Assembly (NCBI RefSeq): GCF_006345805.1
Contig: NW_021825194.1
Location: forward strand, 124,001 to 188,000
Reading direction: 5' to 3'
From: Octopus sinensis
Lineage: Eukaryota
DNA: 64,000 bases
Below are positions 1 to 13,360 of this stretch, in pieces. Below the pieces are notes generated by a model. The model saw only the letters and a program-made list of their open reading frames with translations. It did no database searches and had not been told where the DNA came from. Both the position numbers and the translations under genes were made by a program. The number at the start of each line of letters is the position of its first letter. Positions within the stretch are counted from its first letter, which is position 1.

Positions 1-975
1 ACTTCGTCAATAGTCATTCCTACCTTATTCATTGCGTATATTAGGGCCTTATTAAACACAATTTCATTAATAGAAGAAGAATAATTATCTATATCTATTT
101 GAATAACTTTATATCGATTTTTTTCTTTAATATTATTAAACCAATATTATTACTAAACCATAAGTTTAGGTAGTTTAATTAATTTAATTTATTAATATAT
201 TTATCTAAAATGAGTTTACTCAATTTACCAAAGTCTGATTTACATGGACAAATTAATCTAACTTTAGGATATGAATAAAAATTATCTTTATGGTCTTTCA
301 AAGTAATTCTAGGGTGCATAGGTACATAAGGTTCAGTTTTATTATCCAACTTATAGTTCATCATGACTAATTTAGAGGCCTTGTTTACAGTATAAAGTAT
401 ATTATCTGGAACAATTTTATGTTTTTTAATTATCTCTTTCTCTAAAAGGTTATCATATGATTTAACATCCAGTTTAAATAGATTCCTAGTTTTATCTGAT
501 TGTACAATAACACCATCCATATTTCTCATTTCTTTAATTCTAATAGCTAAATTTCTTAAATATTCATTATGTCTGTTTGGGTATTTATGAAATTTAATAT
601 TTTTCACCACCTTCCAAATATTATCTTCTAAGATCTGTAAATCCCTATTATATGGGGGTTCTTTTTTAGATTTAAAATTTGAAGCAAAATCATTATAATT
701 CATAATATCATAAAAATTAGATATATTATAGTTATAATGGTAGGCTTTCCACTTAATGCTAGAAACAAAATACTTAATATTATTAATAAGTTTCAAAATA
801 TATTCTTTCCTAGAGGGTATTGGAATATCCTTCAAAGATGAATTCCAAAATAGCGGTTCTATCTTACCTGTAAGTTCCATCACATACGAAATAGAGATAA
901 TACACTCAATAGACGTAAGCTATCAATATAATAATTATAATAATAATAATATTAGGAATTATATCCAAACTTAGT
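1..975 (-). mobile_element. Penelope-like element fragment, N-terminal part of RT ORF (AT-rich family), runs off the window start
   Basis: ORF 179-883 has VIVQSDKTRNL, ITLKDHKDNF, KVRLICPCKSDFGKLSKLILD (PLE-type RT N-terminus). Past the stop the minus strand reads WFNNIKEKNRYKVIQIDIDNYSSSINE, a degraded RT motif A. Confidence 0.75.
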
Positions 976-1366
976 GGGAAAAATTAGATTTAGGTTTAAA
1001 TCAAATTTCACAGTATAAATATAAATATAAATTAAATTAGATATAAAACCACTATTAGGCAACACAGTGATAGACATAAAACAATACACAAATAACAAAA
1101 AATATAAATATAATTAATATAATATATAATATATATATATAAGATATAAAATTTAAAATCAAAATTTTAAAATTTAAAATTTTTATATTTAAAATTTTAA
1201 ATTTTTGACTTAAAAATTTTTTTAACCTAAAAGTATAAAAAATATAAATATAATATAAGTAAAACACTACGTACGTTTCATGGCTATAATTAAATTCGAA
1301 TTACAATTAAGTTTAAATTCAATTGAAAATTCGAATTATAGTCAATAATAGGTAAATATATATAAA
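945..1366 (-). repeat. AT-rich 5' UTR/pLTR-like segment of the PLE at 1-975
   Basis: Homologous in reverse orientation to about 15500-15862 (shared AAACCACTATTAG, GTACGTTTCATGGC, AATTCGAATT, CAAATTTCACAGTATAAAT). Confidence 0.65.
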
Positions 1367-3347
1367 TCCTTAAATCCTTAAAAATGTTTCAGCCCGAAGG
1401 CTGCGGCCATGCTGGGGCACCACCGTTGAATGATCTACACTAGTATGTGAAACCACCTCTGATACGTGGCACTTGATCAACAAAGGAGTTCGATGCCGCT
1501 GCTCGCATCTGTTTTTCCTACCGAGAGGTAGATTCATCTGTGACCCCCGACAAGAAGAGATCCAGTTTAGTTTTAAAGAAACCCACATCCACATCATGCA
1601 GGTCTCTCAGGCATTTAGGGAGGATGTTGCTGTGGTCCTCTGAAACCCAAGCTGTTGCAGTATCTGATCCTGTATTTTGATTGTGATGTTGGAATCTTTG
1701 GCACCCTGCAGTGGCGCCCCGTTCTGCGGTTGGGGTAACTTTGAATGCCAAAGTTTGGGACAAGACCCTCGAGGATTTTCCAGATGTATATCACTGCATA
1801 TCTCTCTCGTGCCTTCGCTCCAAGGAGAAGAGTTCTAATACTTTCAGTCTTTCATAGTAGCTAATATGTTGCATTGAGACGATCTTCGTAGTGTAGCTTC
1901 GTTGAATTGCTTCGAGTTCTGCTGTTAGTTTTATATTGTGTGGTGATCATAGTTGGCTGAGGACGAATGTTTTCCAAAGGACCATCAGTGTTTCCTTCTC
2001 TCTTGTTCTGCATTTTATCACCAAATTAATAATATGCACTTGGAAAGATGCATCATTGCAGATGTCAATGCCTAGGTCACGCACAGATTTTGACTCAGGA
2101 ATTACAATTCTTCCAAGCCAGTGTATCCATTTTGCATGTCGTTTACCTTTGTGTGCCGGTAGCACAAGGCCTGGAACTTCCCTGCATTAAACTGCATGTT
2201 GTTGTCCTCAGCCCACCTGTATATTGTATCCAACTCCCGTTGCAGATGTGCAATATTTCCAGGGTTTTGTATTGTGTGGGAGACTTTTGTGTCATCTGCA
2301 TAGCTAGCAAGGGTGGCAATCTTAGCAACTGAGGGCATGTCTGAAAGGGCCACTATGAACATCAGTGGCCCCAAGACAGTGCCCTGTGTAACACCGCTTG
2401 TTATTTGTGTTTCCTTGGAGGTGGCTCCATTGCTCACAACTGCCTGCCTTCTATCTTTTAGGAAGTTGTGCAGCCACTCTCCAAGTTTTCCGTCTATGCC
2501 GAGACCACGCAGTTTGTGACAGATCATACCATGATCGACTTTATCAAAGGCTTTTGCAAAGTCGAGATATATCACATCTACATTTGAGCCATTTAGTAGC
2601 TGTTTTAACACCCAGTCATTGTGTTGCAGGAGCTGTGTTAGGCAGCTTCTACCTGGTCGAAATCCATGCTGGGTGTCAGTCAGCAAGTCATTTTCTTCAA
2701 GGAGCATGATTAGTTTCTTGCGGACTATTCGTTCCATGACTTTACTGATGTGTGAGGTCAGAGAGATAGGCCTATGATTTTTAGCATCTGCTCTGCCTCC
2801 TCCCTTATGGATAGGGCATATTACCCCCTCTTTCAATTTGACGGGGAGATTACCACTTCCAAGAGCTCTGAAAAAGAAGCTGTAGCGGTTTTGCAAGGTC
2901 TCGTTTGCACGATGTGAGAAGGATCGCTGAGAATCCATCAGGTCCAGCAGCTGAGTTTGTGTCAATCTCATCTATGTCCAGTGTGATATCATCTTCAATG
3001 TTGATGTACTCAAGTCTTGCTTCTTTGACCACAGGTAAAGTGGCAAAGAATTCTTCTGGTTTGTTTACTTGCCTATGTCCTAGAGGTGTAGTGAACACAC
3101 TTTAGAACTGTTCGTTCCGTATTTCACTTATTCTCGTGGGATTTCTTGTGAGGGAGGCATCTCTTTGGAAGAGTGGTCCTATTCTCTGGCGCACTGTGGC
3201 TGTCCCTTTGGCAAACTTAAAGAAAGCTTTAGGGTTTGACTTGATACTTTCTATTACCCAAGCTTCTTTATCTGCTTTCTCTTTTTCATGAGACTGATGC
3301 AGACTTTTCTCAATTTCCATTAGCATTCTCTCGAGATGAGAATTCTT
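1367..3347 (-). mobile_element. 5'-truncated, frameshifted CR1-group (CR1/L2-like) LINE with 3' UTR and short (TAAGGATT)2 tail
   Basis: ORF 2102-2971 has HRPISLTSHISKVMER, QHGFRPGRSCLTQLL, YLDFAKAFDKVDH, SGVTQGTVLGPLMF, YADD. Upstream pieces include AGPDGF. The 3' end has a stem-loop CAGCC-TTCG-GGCTG. Confidence 0.9.
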
Positions 3348-4830
3348 TGGGCCCATTCTCGTTCCCATGGCTACTCCCGAGACTGCTGGTAGAACTCGCC
3401 TGCGAACGAGAAGCAGTTGAGTGAGAGGACAAGTTCAGCCAGACGAATGAGTGTGGAGGTGTCGGGTTAGGGATTGGGTCGGAGGTCCAGGAAGTGTTTA
3501 AGTGCACGCAGCCCCTCGTGGTGAGGGATCACAGTGTAGAGGCTCTGAATGTCCATTGTAAAGAGAAGTTTGGAGAAGCCAGGAGGGAAGGAGAAAAAGT
3601 TGAAAAGACGAAGAGTATTGTTGGTGTCATGGATGTGAGAAGGAAGAGAAGCCACTAGGGGGCAAGCACACGGTCGAGATATTTGGAGATAAGCTCGGTG
3701 GGGCAGTTACTGGCGGAGACGATGGGGCGGCCAGGGTTGTTGTGTTTGTGGATTTTGGGGAGGAAGTAAATGGTGGGTGTGCGGGGGATTCGGACAATGA
3801 GGTTGAATGCGGTGTGGGGGAGACGGGAGGACAAGATGAGGTCGTGGATGGTAGAAGAGACCGTCTGTTGGCAGCTGGGCGTGGAGTCAGAGGACAGAGG
3901 GCAGTAGAAGGAGGTGTCATGGAGGTGGCGGAGAGCTTCGGCCCTGTAAGGGCCGCGCGCCATACCACCACAGCTCCACCCTTGTCGGCCGGTTTAATAA
4001 CGATGTCAGCGCGCCGTAGGAGGGAACGAAGAGCCGAGAGTTCGGCTGGGGAGATGTTGAGACGACGGTGACGCCTGGAGAAGTTGAACCGCTCCAAAGC
4101 GCGCTGACAGGCACCCGCAAAAAGATCCACTGTTTGGAACTGGCCAGGAGCAGGCGTCCACTGGGATAGTCGGCGGCCCAGGTCAGTGAAGCAGTCTTCC
4201 TTGTTTGATGCGGGTGGAGTGTTGCGGAAAAGCGCACAAAGCTGTGGATATCAGCACGAGTCTGAAATTCCTTACAGGATGTAGTGAGGGAGATGAAACG
4301 CAGACCCCCTACTGAGGATGGCGCGCTCCGCCACAGAGAGGGGAAGATCTGGGGGAATGGTAACAGCAGACTGAAGTGGAGAAGGGGTGGATGGAATAGA
4401 AGTAGGAGGGGTAGATAGGGCGGAGGTAGGAGGGGTAATAATAGGGCTGATGGAAGGCTGGGGGTGGGAGTGGGGATATGTGAGGGGTTGGTTGGGGGGA
4501 GAGTGGAGCCTATCAGGGAGGGAGAAGGGTAGTGGAGGAGTCGGGGTAGTGGCATCGGGTGTGACGGAATGGAGGAGTGAGTGGAATTTACGAAGTTTGG
4601 TGTTGGCAAGAAATTGACGAAAGAGATGATTGAAATGAATTTTATAACGCAACGTGTTGTGAGCAAGAAAGGGCGGCAGAGAGGAGAAAAAGATGGAGGG
4701 AGAAGGCGGGCGATGGTATGTATTTTAGAGAGATTGGAGCGAATGGGCGAATGGTGGCACGCATAAGACGGTAAGATGTGGTACGGAGTATGGGTAGGAT
4801 GGATGAAGCAGAGTGGAGAGTGGAGTGGAA
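3348..4830 (-). mobile_element. GC-richer Penelope/Poseidon-like PLE fragment, broken at RT motif B
   Basis: IVIKPADKGGAVVVW, YFLPKIHKHNNPGRPIVSASNCPTELIS, TMDIQSLYTVIPH, GVAMGTRMGP in successive minus-strand frames. The motif B sequence ends at the LINE junction. Confidence 0.85.
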
Positions 4831-5038
4831 ATGTATATATGTATATATATATATATATATATACATATAAATATATGTATATATATGTATATATATATAT
4901 ATATATATATACATAAATATATATTATATATATATACATATATACATCTATATATATATATACATATATACATCTATATATATATACATCTATCTATATA
5001 CATCTATATATATACATCTATATATATATACATACATA

Positions 5039-5070
<32 letters not shown>
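4831..5070. repeat. (TA)n/(TACA/TCTA) compound microsatellite
   Basis: Direct inspection. Confidence 0.95.
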
Positions 5071-5490
5071 CATGTAAGTTTAGATTTAAAATAAGGGTGA
5101 AAATTTGAATATTAATTTGATTAGTATGAATTTAAAACCAGTGGTGTAGTATAAAATACCATAGCGGATCTTCTAGCAGAATGGATGTCCAGTTACAGTT
5201 CATCCCTGTTATATAATAGTTTCATTTTAATAGTTTCAGTACTAAAGTGAAAGTATCTGACATTACAACAGAGAGATGTTTTTCTTTCACTTTTGACACT
5301 TTTGAAACAGTAGAGAAGATATGATATTGCTGTGGCCTCGCCCTAGGCAAGAAGTTAAAAACTTTTTGCCCATGACACTACATGGACCCTTAGTAAGACA
5401 TGCGTAAAATTTGAATGAAATTGGTTGTGTAGTTCTCAAGTTTTAGGGATTCACACAGACAGACCGACACACATTCTCGGTATTGTATAT
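5071..5490 (+). mobile_element. Non-autonomous interspersed repeat with a Helitron-like 3' end (family A)
   Basis: Second copy at about 15948-16345 and a 3'-end fragment at 7449-7510. All end in GGATTCAC(A/G)CAGACAGAC..ATT(C/T)TC.G followed by T-rich bases and (AT)n, resembling Lep1/HINE-type ends. Confidence 0.6.
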
Positions 5491-5519
5491 ATATTATATA
5501 TATGTATATATATATATAT

Positions 5520-5598
<79 letters not shown>

Positions 5599-5700
5599 AT
5601 ATACATATATATATATAAATGTATATATATATATTACATATATACGTGTATATATATATATATACATATATATGTATATATATATATATGTACAATATAC

Positions 5701-5753
<53 letters not shown>

Positions 5754-5758
5754 CATAT
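5491..5758. repeat. (TA)n microsatellite with a short (GT)n insert
   Basis: Direct inspection. Confidence 0.95.
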
Positions 5759-6135
5759 ACTAGCAGTATCGCCCGGCGTTGCTCAGTTTGTAAGGGAAAT
5801 AACTATAAAGCATTTTTAGAGAGTTATAGCCAAAAAATAGCAAAAAGATGGAAAAAAATGATGGTAAATATTTTTTTGATAGTTAAAAAAGGTGGAGTTG
5901 CGTCCCCTACACAGTTTGTGTTCCTGATTCTCGACCCCATGTCGAATTTATCGATTTTTTTCAGAACTGGGGGAACTTTTCAAAATTTTCGCTGCGTTAG
6001 TTTTGAATTATGACATTGGGCTATGTGTGTATCAAGTTTCATCAGAATCGGTTGAAAGCCGTGGTCAGGGTGAGGGTACAAGCAAACAGACACACAGAAA
6101 CACGCACAGACAAACTGCCGTTTATATATAGAGAT
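5759..6135 (+). mobile_element. Non-autonomous Helitron/Helentron-like element (family B)
   Basis: Starts ACTAGCAGTATCGCCCGGCGTTGCTC and ends ACAGACAAACTGCCGTTTATATATAGAGAT, inserted in (TA)n. Termini resemble Lep1/DINE-type elements; assignment from recalled motifs. Confidence 0.6.
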
Positions 6136-6599
6136 ATATATATATTATATATATATATGTGCACAAAAGTTAGCCGGGAGTAGTATGATTAGTATCAACA
6201 TGTATAGTAATAATAATTGTAATAATAGCATCAAAAATAGAAATAATAATAATAATCATTACCACAATGAGAGCAACAACAATAATAATAATATCAATAA
6301 TATCAATAAAAATAAATATAATGGTAATAATAGGATAATAAAAATGAAAATAATACTAAAAATGATGATAGCAATAATATTAATAACAATAATAACAACA
6401 CTGATATAAATACAAATAATAATAATAATAGCAATACCAATATTGTATGTAATAAAGGTATTGGTATGTTGGATGTGAATGATAGTGTAAATGGATCAAT
6501 AAATAATAACCCCTTTTTACATAACAATATGACCACTAATAATGAAAATAATACTAATAATATTACTAATAATAATTTAAATAACAGTAATGTAAGAGG

Positions 6600-7040
6600 A
6601 AACATAAGACAGGTTGTACTACACTATGTAGCAAAATTTGGGAACTTAAAACTAATAATATAGAATACAACCTAAAATGGGATATAGTTACTACACTCTC
6701 TACTTAAATCCCTTTTACAGCTGTCCTTCATATCTCCTTCACTAAATTCCTACTAAAAATTCTGATGGCTTTCAGTTGAAAGTAAGGCCTGGTCAGCTTC
6801 ACAGTCTCTTAAGAATTTAGTGTTCCTTCCACACTGACCTAAATCTTCTGTTACCACATAAATAGATTGACCCTTTGCTCTAGTGTCAATCTGCTTGTCT
6901 TTTACACGTCCTAAATTTTTCCCCTTCTGTTCTTCAACTAACTTGATTCCTTGACCTGCCCTTACCACCATACTTATCACTAAAGAAATTTTTCTTACAA
7001 CAGTTAGTTGTGAACTTAATTTGGGTCTGGCTAGCATCCT
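6600..7040 (-). pseudogene. Possible very degenerate R4/Dong-like C-terminal remnant beside AAT-rich sequence
   Basis: RAGQGIKLVEE resembles RKEGGRGL; KGQSI...ADQALL resembles HG..../AAQDQ.L in the Dong copies at 21.5-24.2 kb. Weak similarity only. Confidence 0.35.
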
Positions 7041-7382
7041 AACTATAATACCTCATGTTTCTGAAATTCATATCTATATCTTTATCTGTATATTTACCTT
7101 TTCTAAGATGTTACTAATTGATTTGAGAACTTTATATTATTGGAAAACCTATATAAAATTAGCTGAAGATTACTTGACATATTATATCTGCTGTAATATT
7201 TACAGCTTTTAATAAAATGTTATAGTATGAAACAATTGTACTAAATTACCGGATCCATTCTTGTTGTTTATTTTTAATTATAATCACCCCGCATATTTTT
7301 ATGGGTAATACCATAAAAAATTCTGGTGCATCTAAATTAGGTACCATATTCATTTGAATTTAAATTGTTTGCTGAACTGATA

Positions 7383-7454
<72 letters not shown>

Positions 7455-7539
7455 TCTCAAGTTTCAGGGATTCACACAGACAGACAGACACACATTCTCA
7501 GTTTTATATATATATATATATGTATATAGTAGTAACAGA

Positions 7540-9770
7540 AAAAAGGAATTTCGATTGTCTCCACGTGGTGGGTTGTAATGTATATAAGAAATTAAAAAAG
7601 GAAAAATACGCACACTTGGTTTTAATATACTTTTTAATATATCGACCGGTTTCGCTATCGTTATTCATGATATTATGTTTAATTTATTTGAATATATATT
7701 TTTTTCTTAAGAAGAAATTTGGTCCATGTTGTGTGTGATGAAATTCACGAGTGAATGACTTCACAAGTAGACAAATAAAGGGAGGTAATTGGTTGTTATT
7801 ATTGTTATTGTTGTGTGTAAGGGAGATAACTGTTCAGCTTTCGGTAAATTTCGGATTAAATATGTGTACAGAAAAGAGACAGGTTTTTAAAAACCTTGTT
7901 TAGTAGGGGATTTATGTCCAGTGATGTAATCGTGAATGGAATATGTAAAAATTTTGAAGTTGGTTATGCGTGCATATTAAGACGTGTTTTGTATTTTTCA
8001 ATGAAAAAAGTTTCTTTATTTAACCGTTCTAGTTGAGAGACTGCGTCTTTGCACTGGTAGAAAGGGAAGACTGAAATTTGGTTTGATGTTACCTAAACAT
8101 TTTTCTATGTGTTCACTTAGAGGAATTTGTCTGTGTTGCGGGAAACGGATTTGCTCTCTATGTAGAGTGATTCTCTTTCTCAAAGTCAAACTCGTTTGTC
8201 CAATGTGCTGATGAACGCAACCCGAGCAGGTTATTATATAAATTAAGTTCTCAGAGGCACAGGTGAAACTAGTTTTAATTGTGAGCCTCTGTTCTTGTTT
8301 GAAAAGGAAATCCGAGCCTTCAAGCAGGTTGGGGCAGGTTCCACAGTTCGGGCGTCCACATTTTTCAGCCGTTGGTTTCGTGGTTGTTTTGTAAAGCTTC
8401 GCATTTGTTAGTAGTCTCTTTAGCGATTTGTCTTGTTTTTTTTGCATTTGATGAGTTTGTGTGTTTTCAGGATGTCGTTCATTTTTGGATCTCTAGTTAG
8501 TAAAGGGAGAGTTTGCACAATAGTGTTGAATGCCTCACTGTTTCTGGGGTTGTGTGTTGATATAAAAAGTAATGTTTTGGTTTGAGGTGTGGTGTTATGT
8601 TTTTATTTTGTTCTTAGTGTTTTTGTGTCTAATTATTTGGCACGTTTAATTCCCTCGTCGATAAGAGAGGGTGGATATTTTCTTTCAATAAGTGTTGTTT
8701 TAAGGTCTTGAAGACGGAGGTCCCGAGTTGTTCTATCAGACACTATTGTGCAAATCCTTATTGCTAAGTTAAAAAGGATGTTTATTTTTATGTGTTTCGG
8801 GTGGCATGAGTTAAAAAGAAGATATTGTTTAGAATCAGTTGGTTTATAATAAATGTCAGTTATGATTTCATTGTTAACTTTTTTTGTCATGATGTCAAAA
8901 AATGGAAGTTGTTCTTGGTTATATTCCATTGTGAATTGAATGTTACTATTTATATCATTTAGTTTTGTTTTGAAATTCAAAAGTTTGTCGATGTTCTCCT
9001 TCCAAATGATAAAACAGTCATCCAGGTATCTTTTCCAATTTTCTCTTATGTAGAGGTAAAATGGGTAACCATATTTCTGAAGTGATACTTCATATAAGGT
9101 GAATTCAAAATAACCCATATTAGATTCGCAAGAACAGGGGCTGCTTTCGTCTCCATCGCAATGCCACATTTATGACGATAGTAAGTGTCATCAAATAGGA
9201 AATAATTGTTCTGAAGTATAAATGTTAAAGATTCAATAATAAAGATCTGATCTATGCGTTCCGGGAGTACTTCAGTGTACTTTTCCAACCAGAATTTAAT
9301 TGCTTTTATTCCATAGTCATGTTGATGTAAAAATTGATGACATTGATGGTAACCAATATTGCCTCTTCATTAATTGATGTTGGTAGGTGTTCTAGCATGT
9401 CTAAATCATCTTTAATGAAACTTTTGATGTATTTCAGCAAGGGTTTCAGTAGGATGTCTAGAAAATTGCTTAGGCGGTGGGTTTCACAGACTGGCCCAGC
9501 TACAATGGGTCTTAAAGTCAAGTCTTCTGGTGTTTGGATATTTATATATTTGCCTGGTGATTGTTTGCAGGCTTCATTGATTATCTTGCTCTTGTGTATT
9601 TTAGGAAGGTCGTAAAAAAGACTGGGTTTACATTTGAAGTTCGTGATGTAGTCTGTTTCTTTTCTATCAGGCCTTTTCCATGTAGAAGAATTAAGGATGC
9701 AAGATTTTTCATTGTTTTTTGTTGTTTATAGTTTATAATTTTTTCGTAGAAGGCCTCGTTTTCTAATATG
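7540..9770 (-). mobile_element. 5'-truncated PLE (RT + GIY-YIG + pLTR), several frameshifts, related to the 30.7-44.2 kb families
   Basis: LRPIVAGPVCETHRLS, GIAMETKAAPVLANL, WKRYLDDCF, CGRPNCGTC, NLIYIITCSGCVHQHIGQT. A hammerhead motif lies near the 3' end. Confidence 0.9.
7639..7673 (-). ncRNA. Minimal type I hammerhead ribozyme (A3-U8 variant, stem II partly decayed)
   Basis: Minus strand ATATC-ATGAATA-ACGATAGC-GAAA-CCGG-TC-GATAT: 5-bp stem I, palindromic stem III, GUC site. Confidence 0.7.
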
Positions 9771-9795
9771 GAAAGTACTAGTTTTTTTTATATGC

Positions 9796-9840
<45 letters not shown>

Positions 9841-10176
9841 AGGGAAGAAATGGAGCCGAACGAAGATTCTACAAAATTCCTTTTTATTATTTTCTACACA
9901 TGTTTCAAAGGCTGCAAATTCCCAAATTCGGATTGAATAAGGAGACCATTCTGCAGCTTTCTCTTCAGGAAAATCCAGGAATTTAAAATCTCAAAACAAA
10001 TGCGCAGCAAGCTTATCGAACTTATTATAAATATATAAAACTTCAATTATCCGCGCTAAAGCACGGGGGCTAAACCCCATGGTCGTAACCTCAACCGTGT
10101 CTTTTCTGGTGTGATTTTTGCTACACAGGTATCGGTTAAATTTTGAATAATCCGTAACAAGATAATTCATTTATCC

Positions 10177-10270
<94 letters not shown>

Positions 10271-12287
10271 ATATATATATATATGTATATATATATATTT
10301 ATCAAAATAAAAACATGATGCAAAGGATTTAGCGGTACATATGTCTCTGGCTTTTATTAGACGGTTTATATCAATGCATAATTGATGTAATTTGTATGTC
10401 AATAGCCTTATTCAGCCGCGTACAATTACTACTTCAAGGACATGTATTACATTATAAGTTTGGGAAAAAGACGATTTACGTTGGGGATACAAATCCTCAT
10501 AGTCGTGTACAACAGAGCAAGGCACCAAAACAAAAACAAAGCGTCCATCCCATTTATCACTCGATGTAGAATGATGGATGTTGAGATAGAGAGGGAAGGA
10601 GTTGGGGGTGGGGTGAATCTTTAATGAGTTAGGGATCACAAAGAGGGAGAGTAGTAGGTGCAAAATGTAGTAAAAGAGTAAAAAATTAAAAAAGAGTAAA
10701 AATTAAAAATATATAAAAAATATAAAAAGTATATAAGTATATAAATATATAAAAATATAAATATATAAATACACAAAGACGTGAAAAAAGCATGGGAATA
10801 TAAATAAATAGAGATAAAGATAAAAAAGCGAAAAATAAAGACGAAAAAATAAGGATAAAAAATGAAAAATAAAAATAAAAATAAAATATAAAGGGATAAA
10901 GAAATATAAAGGGATGGAGAAATATAAAGTGGTGGATGGAAGATAACGTAAGGTACAGAAAAATGACATATTCCGGTTGTTGAAGCTAAAGGGTGTATTG
11001 GCGGGTGTCATAAATTAACTTAATTATCTGGAGACCAAGTGGATGGTCAATATAGGTTGTCTGGTTTGTGGTTAAATAGTTTATCTACTTTCTCATAAAT
11101 TGTCTGGGACTGTGTTACTAACGGTCAACATGTACACACGTACACGCATGCATACATATACACATCCACACGTATATATACATACATACTCTCGTGTAAA
11201 AGTACCGACAGGGATACGCATATACATACGTCCCGCTACGTACAGATACCTAAACCCGCACAAACTAAATACATAAAAGCATATACATTAACACGCCTCT
11301 GCAGACGCACTCGTGTACATACAAATACATACTCACACGTACATATATCAAGCCCGCACATCTACACACTTATATACGTATATGCGCACATACATAAATA
11401 TCTCAATATACACATACATACGGAAAAAAAGCGCATATAGTTGCGTACAAGAACCCACGCGCATATGTACGTATACACATACACGTACATACACACATGC
11501 ACACACACTCACACACACACTCACACACATGAGGAAGTAAATCCCTATGCATATCCACAAAAATATGCATACACACACTCACACACATGAGGAAGTAAAT
11601 CCCTATGCATATACACCAAAATATGCATATATGCATATGCACAGAAACAGGTATATCCATTCGCATGCCTACGCACGTACATGCGCACCTCCATGCACTC
11701 AGACAAGGAGGAATTAGAAATGCGCATACAAGTATACATACGCATACACATATAACTACACACACACACGCACAAGCGCCCATACCTACATACGTATAAG
11801 TATACGTACACACACACACGCACACATATATAAACAAATTCATATACATACCTGCGTACACACCTATACAAACGTGTTTATACGCCCACCACTACCCGCA
11901 CACACATGGACATACATGCACATGTATGCTCGTGCTCGCATCTACACGTACGTGCGCTAAAGTGTGTGCGCCCTCACAGGCATATACTTCCGTGCGGGGG
12001 TACGTATAACTCGTGAAGTATACAGGTCTCCACACCTATGCGTCCAAAGATTCATTCCCGCACACACGCAAAATGAACCTACGTAATCGAAATGTCTGTC
12101 TCAGAGTGGTGTGACGGTTGCAAACCATTGTAAATACATTATAAGTGAGTAATTAGCAAGTTACAGAGGTGTACGGGTAAATCAGAAAAGAAAGAAAAGA
12201 AAGAGACAAAGAAAAAAATTGGAGAAGGGATAAGAACAAAAATAAAAATAAAAATAAAAATAAAAATAAAAAATATGTATGTATATG

Positions 12288-12321
<34 letters not shown>

Positions 12322-12349
12322 CATACATATATATATATACATATATATG

Positions 12350-12380
<31 letters not shown>

Positions 12381-12489
12381 GTATATAGATATACATATAT
12401 ATATGTATATATATGTATATATATATGCATATATATGTATATATATATATGTATATATACATATATATATATGTATATATAATATATAT

Positions 12490-12989
12490 ATATTCACTAA
12501 ACGAATTGAAGGCATGGCTGCTCTCGATTATTGGGACCGCCTTAAAGCCTTGAAACTCTACGCTCTCCAGCGTCGCCGTGAGCGGTACATCATTTGTCCG
12601 ATGTGGAGAATATACCGCCAACTTTGCCCAAACGACCTGAGCATTAGCTTATAGGTTCATCCAAGACTGGGACCACGGTCCATATGTCCCCTGCATAATT
12701 CAAGATCACAGCATACATGTACACTGCAACATAATTTCTTTTCCTCAACAGGCTCTGCCCTATTTAACATTGTCCCGAAAGAGATCAAAGAGGAAAAGGA
12801 GCCCATCAACTTTAAACGGAGTCTGGATAGATTCCTTCAAGGAATATCAGATAAGCCACCCATAATTGGATACAACTCACCCAACAAAAACTCACTACTT
12901 GAATGGACCATAAACAAAACTTGACTTAAACAGGTGGTGCTATTAAGTTAGACATGGCCTAGACCAATCTTTGATAGAAACATATCTAA

Positions 12990-12990
<1 letters not shown>
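12490..12990 (+). mobile_element. 3' end fragment of a CR1-group LINE
   Basis: [32 protein letters not shown], then GSALFNIVPKEIK..FKRSLDRFL. The 3' UTR has GGTGGTGC..CATGGCC..GAAAC, similar to the tail of the LINE at 1367. Confidence 0.8.
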
Positions 12991-13242
<252 letters not shown>

Positions 13243-13360
13243 AATCAAGGAACGGCCATAATAGGCCATTCACCCACTAGAAATAACAGCCAAAAGCTTT
13301 AACCGCAAAATAACATCAATTCCGTAAACCAGGAGAAAATTAAAAAAACATTACCCTGTA

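Noticed and set aside
4642-6013. Long YI/IY-, CV- and HT-rich ORFs here and at 11.3-13.3, 29.8-30.1, 44.7-46.1 and 60.7-62.2 kb
   Set aside because: They are translations of stop-free microsatellites, not genes.
10136-11100. Possible PLE N-terminus/pLTR remnant (DINRLIKARDICTAKSF...)
   Set aside because: Similarity too weak; no RT motif or hammerhead found.
11100-12060. AC-rich tract with a short duplicated motif (and the GT-rich tract at 24950-25330) as an element
   Set aside because: Cryptically simple sequence; no defined termini or alignable core.
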